Shown one piece after another: positions 53,456 through 64,000 of a stretch of 64,000 nt of DNA. Positions within the stretch are counted from its first letter, which is position 1. Every line of letters begins with the position of its first letter. Where the stretch lies: the NCBI RefSeq assembly GCF_009914755.1, contig NC_060930.1. One strand, written 5' to 3'. A program made the position numbers and the translations under genes. This stretch comes from the human T2T-CHM13v2.0 reference genome, Homo sapiens. A model generated the notes under the pieces. The model had not been told where the DNA came from and did no database searches. It saw only the letters and a program-made list of their open reading frames with translations.

Positions 53456-54476
53456 TTCTTATGTTACCCTGAGCCCTGGGCCCACCTTCCTCAGTGCCTC
53501 CTTCCCAGTACTCTGACCCTCTGTAGGGCCTTGGGCTTGGACTCGTCTTAGTTGGAGCACTTGCTCCTTCTGCCTCCCAGCTCCAATCAAACAGAAGACT
53601 CAACATTGATGACCTCTGTTCTCTACAAGGACTCACCTGCGTTTATCCAGGCTACTGCTGATGGGAAGGTGAAACCCAGCAGGGATGTACAGAAGGTGGT
53701 GCCAACCTTGCTGCAAGGGAACGTGCAAGGAGTGCCCATTTCTAATCTGTCTGCCCAGAGTGCAGACACCTTTTGCTGAGTTGTACTCAGGAGCTGCAGG
53801 CGGCAGTGCTGGCCTAGGTCTCCCACCCACAAGCCAACCCCAGGGTTGCCTCCTGTTCACAAAAGTTTATCAGTTGTATTACTGCTGCCCCAATTACTAC
53901 TGAGTGGTACCTCACTACTACTGACTTCCCCAAACCACCCCTTCTTCCTTCCTCATTCCTATAGAATAATCCCAGACCTACCCATCTCTCAGACACCCAG
54001 ACTCTCAACTTGGCATAATTCTCCACCTTCCCCTATCCCCATTTTAAGAGTAAACTCAGAGTTTATTTTTCTGCTTCACCCACAGTTAGGAGTTCCTGGT
54101 CTTGGTACCATGGCCTGAATTTAGACAAAATAGGAATTTTTATTGGATTTATTCTATTTCAGGAATGTTTATTCTAAAAGCTTTTCTTATTTCCTACTCA
54201 AAAATTAAAATTGGTAAGTTAATTCAAAGGCAAGTGAATTCAGCTGTTTTTTCATTTCAATTTTTCTCAACTATTTAGTAGATTACCTATAACAACCAGA
54301 GAAACTGTAACTACTGTCCTAAAGATCTGAATCTAGGTAATTTGGTTTTTCTTAAAAAATGTTTCACACCATCTGCATTGTAACATGAAAACAAAATAGC
54401 AAATCTCCATTTTCACTTTAATGACCCTATTTTCATTTGATCACTGAAATACTAAAGTGATACTAAAGTGAAGGAT

Positions 54477-54990
54477 TGTTAGGAATAATGCTCAAAATCC
54501 TAAGGAAATTGAACACTCGAACAAAGAATTCTTAGCAAAGCAATTTTACTTCTGCGCAGAGGGGTGCCTCCTTGGCCAGTCGCCATGAGAACACACCTGA
54601 ACAAAGGGTCATGAGAGCCTTTATTCCTGAAGCAAGTCCTGCCCCTGTACCCTTTCCCCATTGGCCAGGGTCGGTTCATACAATCTAAACTAATCCCAGT
54701 TGGCTAAACATTTGATTTTTTTTTAGATAAGGTGGGCACGTAAAAGAAAGTGGAGGGGAAGGGGAAGGGGTGTCTGTAATGAGCTAGAAAGTTAGTCCTC
54801 TTTCCAAATAAGGAAAGGAATGTGAGCTGGTACTGATAACGCCTGGTACTGTGGCGTGCCTGGGCATCTAACAAAGGCAAAAAGGAAAAAAGGAGAAAAA
54901 GGAGAAAAGTGTGTGGGGGGAGGGGTTCTATGAATTAAAGAACAAAAGATTGATCAGATTATTGGAAGAGAAACCTCATCATATCCCACA
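54477..54990 (-). mobile_element. ERV1 solo LTR, LTR10 family (LTR10C-like), 514 bp
   Basis: TG...CA ends; 4-bp TSD ggat at 54473-54476 and 54991-54994; minus strand begins tgtgggatatgatgaggtttctcttc; on minus, CCAAT (54660-54664), AATAAA (54620-54625) and AGTAAA (54545-54550). Confidence 0.85.
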
Positions 54991-55532
54991 GGATGAATGT
55001 GAAAAACAAAAACAAGAAAAGTAAGGACAGGTTTCTGCAGGTGGTGGCATACTGTAAAGCAAACTTTGGCTCCACGAGGAGCAAGACACTGGTACAGTTA
55101 AAGGGCCAGGCTGAATGGATACCCTCCATGCAGGATTCTGAGTTCAGCAAGAAACAGAGAAACTGAAAGACAACTCTGAAATGCCAGGTGAGTGAAGGTG
55201 ATTCCAAAGTGAAAGGTGACAAGAACTGGTCTCAGGGACCTGGTTGTGAGGAAAGAGAAAACACAGTAGGCCTTCAGAGAAAGGCATCTGAGGTGGCCAA
55301 TTCCTCCAATGTGGGTGAAGAACGCTCTCAATGATCATAGGAGATGGCGATATGACGGAAAATATGAAAACCTGTCATTCACTATCTCGAATCTCAGCTG
55401 AGATATGGAGTGATACTCATGGGTTAAACATCCAGTGAATGATGGTTGCCTAATATTTACATGCAAATAGGCCTCAGATATTAACTGATTTGGGCTTTAG
55501 CCCCCAAAAGAAAAATTTTTAAATTATATTTC

Positions 55533-55556
55533 CAACAACAACAACAACAACAACAA
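55533..55556. repeat. (CAA)n microsatellite
   Basis: Read directly. Confidence 0.9.
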
Positions 55557-55567
55557 AACAAATGCTA

Positions 55568-55867
55568 GGCTGTGCGCGGTGGTTCATGTCTGTAATCTCA
55601 GATCTTTCGAAGGTCAAGGTGGGAGGATGAATTGAGCCCAGGAGTTCAAGACCAGCCTGGGCAACATAGGGAGACACTGTTTCTACAAAAATAATAAAAA
55701 ATATTAGCCAGGCGCTGTAGCAGGCACCTGTAGTCCCAGCTGCTAGGGAGGCTGAGGTGGGAGGATCGCCCAGGAGGTTGAGGCTGCAGTGAACCGTGAC
55801 TGTGTCACTGCACTCCAGCCTGGTTGACAAAGTGAGATTGTGTCTCAAAAAAGAAACAAAGAAAAAC
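55568..55867 (+). mobile_element. AluJ (AluJo/Jr-like)
   Basis: gggaggatgaattgagcccaggagttc, gaggctgcagtga; TSD aacaaatgct at 55557-55566 and 55868-55877. Confidence 0.94.
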
Positions 55868-57449
55868 AACAAATGCTTTTTTCTGAACGGACACATTTTG
55901 CTCTGTTGGTTCTGAAATGAGCCAAGAACATTATATAGTATTTGTTGTTGTTATTAAACAGTATCATCTAGAAAACACAAAAGCCTAATTATATTTTCTT
56001 GGCCACTGTAAAAATGGAATACTGTAAAGATATATGATTGGCTAGTTAGCCAATATTTATTAATACCAAATATAAGAAAACAGAATAAATATTATGATAA
56101 CTGTCAAAAGTTTTTTGTCCTACCAGTTCATGGGCCATATATAAAAAAAACACTCCTGACACTTTACCAGTGAGGCCTTCCCACACCTAGCACCTCACTG
56201 CGGTCACCATAACGACTTCTAAACTTTACGAGTGGGTTTTATAAGTTACTTTATTTTCAATACCTAAGGGCTGTTTAAACTTTTTCTCATTATCAAATTT
56301 ACTTTTTTGCGGTAAGCGGCACTTTGATGTACATCAAACTCTCTTGTAAAAGAAAAAAATGTTTTTTCCCTCATCTGGTAACAGTAGAATGGGGAAAGTG
56401 GCAGGTACTTCAGTTTTGCTTTTTTTTTAAATTACATTTCCCCTACTCCTACTCTTTAGAATATTCTAAAGATGGACAAAATCCTCCCCCGACACAAAGG
56501 TTTTGTCTTCAATTACCGTAGCATTATCTATGTTGACACACAGCAACAGAAAAAACAATACGGACAGGTGCCTTCCCTCTTGCCATTCTTCTACCCTGTG
56601 TATGAATCCACTCGACGTCAAAGTTGGGAGTTAGTCCATCCATGGCCAGTACTGACCAAAGAAAGGGGGTACAACAAGTAGAAGTTGGTAAATGATGATG
56701 ATTTTCTCCCCTCACTGGCATCTCTTCATCTAACTCCTGTTGGGGATTTCACGGCACTTTGTGCCTCCACTTCAGACACTCTTCACAGTTGCACCTTACT
56801 CTTGATGACTGTCAGCTTCTCCCGTGGCCTAGCTCTTTGGTGAGACGGTCAGGACTTCCTCAAGCCCCCAAGGCTCACATACTTTCCACCACACGACGCT
56901 GCCTCATGTTCCACCCTGAAACCATCTCACTTTCTCATGGCAGCCTTATCTGGAGGGACTATGCAAATGCACAAATTGCTGTTTTATCCCTTCTGTTATC
57001 ACCACTGATCCACGCAGCATCTCACTTTCTTTCACTTTACACTCTGACTGTATTCAGTAGTGACACATTTCACAACTTAATGAACGCCCCTAGATCTTCC
57101 GAAAAGCCATCATGCTCACCCAACAGTGGGAGCTGCTCTCCACAGACCACACATACCCACAAAGGAGGATCAGTCTTTAGTAGAGGTGAACACTTAACCC
57201 TCATTACCCTAGTAAGATTAGTACTCCTCATCTGAATGCAAGATTCCAGTCCCTCCTTTAAAAAAATCACCCATGGGCTAATATTTGGGTATGTTACAGG
57301 AAGTGGGACTCAAGATTTAAACCTACTAACATCAATGAGGACATCCAGGGACCTCTCCACTCACAGTAGTGACTGACTAAGCACCCTACCAACTTTCCCT
57401 TCCCATGGTACTGCTCCATCTCAGGGCAGTTTCACAAGACTATTATGAC

Positions 57450-58900
57450 AGATCACAAATGCAGAATACCTTGATGTCAGCAAAGCACCTGATAGTCACT
57501 CAAAAACATATCCAAGCAAGATGGGAAACCCTGGTCCAAGTGATAATTCACTTTAGTGGCCTCAGTGACTGAATGGCCATACCCAAAGACACTAACATCA
57601 CAGAAGAACAACACTGACCTGGAGAGAGGTCCTTGGAACAGGGCTTTGCACATTTGTCCCTGGTCAATGTTTTCATCAAGATGTGCTTATAGCAGTCACA
57701 AATAATTCACAGTTGAAAGGAGATAGTTAATTAATTGGACGACAGAATAGAGATTTTAAAAGACTTAAATAGGTTAGAATGACAGCCACAACTGACCAAA
57801 AGAACACCATCTTCCTCTCCAAATTAACAGATAAAATCTTGCTTTCAATTGTAAATAATCTATGGTATGTGTGGATAGGATGGTGTTATCACTTGCCTCA
57901 CGTTCAGTTGTTTACTGAATGGAAACAACTCATCCTGTTTACAAGTTCTGCCAGTGATCCTGTCTCCAGACTCTGGGTGGGTATGGCTTTCAGCCACAGA
58001 CATTCAGAATCATATCAATTTTACGATTCTGACTTCAGACCGGGGCTTCCTTTTACTCTGGGCTCAAGTATCTGTCTTGGGGCCTACCTCATTTCAGTAG
58101 TTGACTCTATAACTCATTCTTTTGGACTCAGCTCTTTGCATTAGCTTCTGAACTGAAGTCCCTGCACATCTGCATGCCTCTCATCTGGCTCTACGACATG
58201 CCCAGCCATACATTTCTGCTGCCAAACTTCTGTCCATCTAGACAGCCACCTATAGAAGAGTTTCCTCTGTACTATGTCTTACCAGATTATCCAAACTGCC
58301 TTCTGTTTACTCTGCTGCTGGTACCATTCCCATGAGCATGCCCCAGCTCATGGATCTGTTTGTTCTCTAGATCCCTATCTGGTCTATATTCTGGATCCCA
58401 AGCTATACCATCCAGCTACTGACAGAAATCCAGATCTCCTATGTAGCATGGGGAAAGGAGATGAGTTTAAAGCAATTCATACTTAAGAAGTCCTAAGGAT
58501 TTTTATCACACATAAGCTCAATGCAAGCTGAAGATATGATAAAGTGACTCGATGAGAGATGTAATATTGGTCTGCATCAGTATAGCCTATACTGATGCAG
58601 AAAATGTGCACCTAAGGAGACCTGATAGTAACCTCTTACTCTACACTGGTCAAACCATCTTGTAAGTACCGTGTTCATGTCCAAGAGCCATGTTTTCAAA
58701 AAGACAGTGATATAAAGGCAATGTATCCAGGAGGAAGTGACCAGAATGACGGGATTCCTGACACCAGCTAATGCAAGAAAGTTATAAGAACTAGGGCTCT
58801 TGGACTAGGAAAAAAGGATTTTTCAGGGGTTGGGTTTTCAGGTACTGAAGGGCTCTCAAATGGAAGATGACCTAGAGGCTTGTATCACCAGAGACAGCTT
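57450..58900 (+). mobile_element. L3/CR1 LINE remnant in two pieces (~57450-57800 and ~58480-58900)
   Basis: RT-region motifs gatgtcagcaaagcacctga, gaatggccatacccaaaga, acctggagagaggtc, gacagaatagagatt; 3' motifs ctctacactggtcaaaccatct, ccaggaggaagtgaccagaatg. Confidence 0.75.
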
Positions 58901-59268
58901 GGGGGTCTGCAGGAACAAAGCGGAAGGTGTGGGCTAGTGTAATAAGTGCTTGTCCCATCTCTGCTCCAGACTCGGGTGACCCTACATCTCTAGCCCCAGT
59001 TTCCCCCAAAGACTGAGAGGGTATGATTTCCAAGGCCTCTTCCCAGCTTTCAGAGCCCATAATTCCTCTTCTTTACATAAACCTCAATCTGAGAAAGAAG
59101 ACAGGCGTGGCCTTGCCCGCTCTGGGGACTGGAGAAGAGACTAGTTCTTAGATCTTCCAAGTGGCCCCTTCTAAGAAAATTAAACTGACTGAAGTAATGA
59201 GTGAAACAAGGGGTTGCAAGCTTTATGTTTCGATAAATGAAAATTACAGAAATTCCCAAATTGAGGTA

Positions 59269-59690
59269 TGTTAGGCAGAAAATGCCCCCCAAAAGGTATT
59301 CACTTCCTAATCCCTTTACCTTATATGGCAAAGATGTGATAAAGTTAAGGATTTGAGAGGAAGAGCTTATTCTGGATTATGCAGCAGGCTCTAAAAGCCA
59401 TCCCAGGTATCCTTATAAGAGGGCTGCAGAGGAAGACACACAGATGAGAAGGCAATGTGAGGGCAGAGGCAGAGACTGGAGTGATGTGGCCACAAGTCAA
59501 GAACACTTGCAGCCACTAGAAGCTGGAAAGACAGGAAACAGATTCTCTCCATCTCTGAAGGTATCGTGGCCCTGCTGACACCTTGCTATTGGACTTCTGA
59601 CCTCTTAAAACTGTGGGGGAATAAATCTCTGTTGTTTTTAGCCATCAAGTTTGTGGTAATTTGTGACGGCAGGCACAGCAAGCTAACAAA
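59269..59690 (+). mobile_element. MLT1D/MLT1C-like MaLR solo LTR
   Basis: tgttaggcagaaaatgcccccc...ttaccttatatggcaaa...gcagccactagaagctggaaa...aataaatctctgttgtttttagcca. Confidence 0.88.
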
Positions 59691-60509
59691 GAAGGTTTTC
59701 TGCTCAAATAAAATTTTGTTGTGGGCTAAAAGTGGGCAGTAATAACCTTTTAAAGGAAAAGCTTAAATTTTTATGTATTTTTATGGCCTATACAACACCA
59801 CTCTTAGAAAACTGCAGCTCTGCTCTTAAAAGTATTTAGGGGCACTGACAAAAGCATCTTTTCAGCCATTCTTCACATATATTTTATTAATAATCTTTCC
59901 TTCACATGCAATTTCAGCAGATAATAAGTCTATGCAAGGCAGACAACCAAATGATTCCAACTTCTACACAGCAGGCCTGGCTGCAGTGAAACAAATTATG
60001 CAGTATCTCATGGCTACAGGAGAAAGCCTCGGTGTAAAAACAAATGGTACAAAGTATGTAGGTGAGAGCTCGTCTTGTCTCTCCATTGTAACGTGGGCAG
60101 CATTTCTCCCCACTCTCTCCTGGCAACATCCAGCTTTTGTCATAGGGAATGATGAATGCTACTCAGATGAAGAATATACGAAATGATCCCCAAGTCTGGG
60201 AACCAGCAGTGGAAAGAAAATGAGTGTCTCATGGGCTTCCCCCACTCCCACTGCCTGCAGATGCCACCCCTGGAAGTCATTTTCACGCTTTCACAGGGCG
60301 ACCACCTTGCAGGGCCAGGTCAGGTTAAAGAGGTGATTCTCTTTTCAAGGTTTCCAATTGTTCCTTGATAAAAACATCATTACTACTTTTAAAACCACAA
60401 ATAAGGGAGAAAGACCTTTTAAATTCAGTGAAGAGAAAATGAAAGATGTGTAAAAAAATACCAGTTAAATTACATGAGGCTGATAATGATGGCTTCAGGA
60501 CAAGAGAGC

Positions 60510-60725
60510 ATCCACAGTGGAGGAGAAAGAGAAGGGTGCTTCAAGTCTGAGATATAGTTTTGGATCTTGCTGCTTCCTAGATGTTAGTCCTTGGGCAATT
60601 CATTCCCCTTTGGCTGAGCTTTATTTTCCTCACATACAACGTGGGGCAACCGAATAAGATAACATGTGGCCTAAAACAGTGGTTGGCCTACCAGTGTTCG
60701 TTAATGTGTAAAGAATGAATGAACT
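60510..60725 (+). mobile_element. MIR SINE
   Basis: cagtggaggagaaagag...ccttgggcaattcattcccc...ctgagctttattttcctca. Confidence 0.6.
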
Positions 60726-61073
60726 GTTCTATATCCAGGACTAAACAAGGAACCCTCAATTTTTCAACTCTTTCCTTGAATCACGCTGAAAATATTGTTA
60801 TCTGCAGTTGTTCTAGATCAGTTATCAATATCCTCCTAAATTTAGAATGTCTAGGAAGAGGGATTTTTTTTTTTTTTTGGAAATTCAAATTGGCAGAGGG
60901 TAGGTATATTTTTCTTCTTAGACAGCACCGCTTAGTTTTACAATCCAGGGATTTACATAAAAGAAAGCTGGTCAGTTATTACGCATGATACATAACAACT
61001 ATTTTTGGGCCAAGACTAACAATGATTGCCTTTGAGTCTAAAACAGAATTCTAAGCATGTCCCTTCCTCCTAA

Positions 61074-61097
61074 ACACACACACACACACACACACAC
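61074..61097. repeat. (CA)n microsatellite
   Basis: Read directly. Confidence 0.95.
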
Positions 61098-62767
61098 CCA
61101 TGCATGCATTCTTGCTCTTTCTCTCCCTGCCCGCAAGTCAAAGCCACTTCCTTTTCCTGGTCCCCAGTCGCCAGAAAAGTGGGTTGTGTGAAACGTGACC
61201 CTTACTCAGTTATACACTGAGGCTGGGTCACTCCGTTGCCTGATCACCAGCAGAATGGGTCAATCTGTGTGTGAGGTTGAGAAAGGTAAATGAAGAATGT
61301 AGGCCACTTTGGCCTCCTATAGTTTCTGAGGCTGGCAGCCTGTAGTACATGTATCAGGGAGGGCCTGAGGAACAATTCCCGTCTGCACATAGGAACTGCC
61401 CTGTCCAGTGTCCATGGGTTCAGAGGCACCAGAAGCACCTGAGTCCTGCCCCTGCAACCCGCCCATGCCCACTCAGGAAGCAATGGCTCCCACAAATGGC
61501 AGGGAGTTGTGCTTATGCTATTCTTCCCTTCCTCTTCTTCACTCTCTCCCTCACCTCCCTTAAGCAACCAGTACACGCATTTGCGCGGTACACCCCAAAG
61601 CCAATGTCCCCCTATTCACACTGGAGACACATCCTCATGTCACCCCAGCAACCAGCACTGTGAGGCCTTTGGATACCCCATGTAAACACTGCTGGCCTCT
61701 GACCCCGGAAATCTTATTCTTCCCACAAAAGAAAAAACTTGTATGAATTAATTTTCCCACCTCTTAACCAGCTGCATAGAAATCATGCGGACATGGCTTT
61801 AAAGCTGGATTCCTGATGCGGCCTCAAATTTCTAACCCTCGATTACTTAGAATTAGATTTTCCCCCCACAAGACAATTATCCCCACACTAAGAATCTAGG
61901 AGGTTTTTTATCATTTCTCTTGGGACTTATTAAAACCAAAGAAACACTGAAAAATGGAGCAACTTCCATGTACATTCTACATTAACAGACCAACACATTT
62001 CAAAGAACTCACTCACTCAGAGGAAAAGTAAACAATTCTAAGGCAGGAGGTAATTTTTCTTTTTACTTTTCTTTTTGAATGACAATTTTTGTTTCGGAAG
62101 GCCTCTGTGTCTATCAAATAGGCAGTAGTGTTTGTGGCCATATTTGTGGCCTGAACGCAGCTGTCTAAACCCTGCAAACAGTTGGAATGACACTGCAGGA
62201 ATTCTCGGTCTCACTGAAACTGCAGAAATGGCAGGGGCCTCTCTCATGGCAGGCACTGAAATACCTTTAATCACACCAGACAAAGGCCATCCAGGATGCA
62301 CGGAAACCAAACCTCTCTCCTCAGCCCTTTGAGAGTAGTTGAAGTGGATATTATTTTAATCAAATCCTTTTAAATCACTAAATAGGATGACTCCATTTAA
62401 TTAGCTTTTTACACAAAAAGCACATTTTTGTTCTGATACAACTTGATTACATATTTTTCAATTTTTAAATGGGTATGGGTTTCACTTTTTAAAAATACAC
62501 TTTATACACTTAAAGCAATGATATCTGGAACTGTAACCCTCAAGAATTCTAAAAGATTCTGTGGAAAAGAAAATATTTGCTTTAATGTTTCCCTTGTGCA
62601 CTACTGCGTCCCCCTCTTTTATCTTTGAACTCTCTTTGCTTGCCCAGATTAGTTCAATTTTAAGAATGATCTGTTCATTTGTCTGCTTGAAACTTTGTAC
62701 TTTTGGGGAGCAAGTCAAGGAATGATGGTCTTATCGCCACATAATGCTATTAACAAGCATGGTTTCC

Positions 62768-63005
62768 ACTCATTCATGCCTGCTCAATTTTTTAAGAGGG
62801 CCTACTATGAGTTAGGCACTAGGCTTGGCACAGATAAGGATTCTGAGCTGATAAAGCCTGCAGTTCCACAGTGAACACTGCTGTCAGACAGTCACTGCAC
62901 AGATAACTATGCAACCACAATGACAGCTTTGAAGCGGCCGTGGCGATAGGGCAACCCCATCCAGCCTGGGCCTTTAGGGGAGTGTCAAGGAAGAGCTCTC
63001 TAAAA
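62768..63005 (-). mobile_element. L2 LINE 3' fragment
   Basis: cactcattcatg...gcctactatgagttaggcactaggct...ggggagtgtcaaggaagagctct. Confidence 0.55.
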
Positions 63006-64000
63006 AGTAACAAATGCCGCTTTCTTAGAACTTACGAAACTTAAAAAAAAATAAGGCACACAAACATATTGTCTCAAATATTATATAAACTCCAAAGTAA
63101 GGTGGGGTATGGGAAGGGGAAAGCTCTGAGCCCAGACAGATCTGAGTAGAATCCTTACTATAACTACAGCACCTTGAGCCTCTCATAGCTCCCTCACAGG
63201 ACTGCTGTCACAGTGAAGTGTAACATAGATGATATAAAGCACTCTGCATAGCAGAAGTTCAATAAACCATAGATATTAATTAATACAGAATTTATGCTAA
63301 CTTGTCTTTGAGCTTTAGCATGTCAAAATAAAGCTAATTTTCCACTTCTGTCTTTACAAAAACGTTCAACTAAAAGAGGAAACTTAAAAATCCACATGAA
63401 GAACAAACACTGTAACTTTGGCAATTTTTCTCCACTGGAGTTGGCCAACAGGTATCATTTACTTATACAACAGATGCACATCCTATATTAGATTCTTCTG
63501 GATAGGTAAACACAGACAAAAAGAAAAGTTGATAGATCCGTGTTCAACAGTGTTCTACCAGCAACAGAAAAAGGTTCTGAAAGTGGAACTTCTAGAATAG
63601 AGCTTTTAAAACAGCAAACTCCCCTAAGGCAATGATTGTTTTTCAGGTCATCAACTACTTGACTGAGGAGAGGGTGCAGGCAGAGCCTTTCAGAGGTGCC
63701 TCAGACTCACTCCATCCAAGCAGCATTTCTACCCGTTTAGCTTCTCTTAATCTGGATTCCCTGTGCACTTACAGACATCCACACCACGGGTCAGTCACCC
63801 GTGTTCACTCTTTTGTTAGACACTCATTGCTCCTTCAGTCCCAATCCATAACTGGTCTTACCTGGCATTCTTTAGACTGGTGGCCAACAGCCCTTTTTCC
63901 ATTTTAATTCAAGACCCAAGTCAGAAAACAAAAACAAAAACAAAATGTATTTGGTTTGTGTTTTTCAATTTAAAAGCGAGTAATTTTACTTGGTCCTGTG

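Noticed and set aside
55041-55187. Plus-strand 147-nt exon candidate (tttctgcAG ... CAG|GTGAGT)
   Set aside because: Stops in all three frames, a purine-rich weak acceptor, and opposite to the inferred host strand.
60149-60200. RTGATGA box-C motif suggesting a C/D snoRNA
   Set aside because: No suitably placed CTGA box D or terminal stem.

Overview
This is primate nuclear DNA (catarrhine, probably hominoid). It is AT-rich, CpG-depleted and dominated by interspersed repeats: AluJ/AluS, L1PA and L1M LINEs, L2, L3/CR1, MIR, MaLR/ERVL/ERV1 solo LTRs and hAT/Tigger DNA transposon relics. I recognise no intact protein-coding gene, RNA gene or CRISPR array. The only ORFs with real homology are decayed L1 ORF2 fragments and a ~140-bp histone H3.3 (H3F3A) fragment. 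The + strand bias of L1s and LTRs suggests, by inference only, a long intron of a minus-strand transcription unit. I found no convincing new biological system. The most interesting observations are mutational fossils: (1) a 70-bp templated insertion with a fold-back junction, copied from ~1 kb away; (2) an H3F3A fragment with no poly(A) or TSD, bracketed by inverted (TG)n/(CA)n arms; (3) two inverted L1PA copies 35 kb apart sharing five non-consensus amino-acid-changing substitutions; (4) two L1 3' ends inside one TSD pair; (5) several template-switch palindromes. Repeat subfamily names come from recalled consensus sequences, not a database search, and boundaries of old repeats are approximate.
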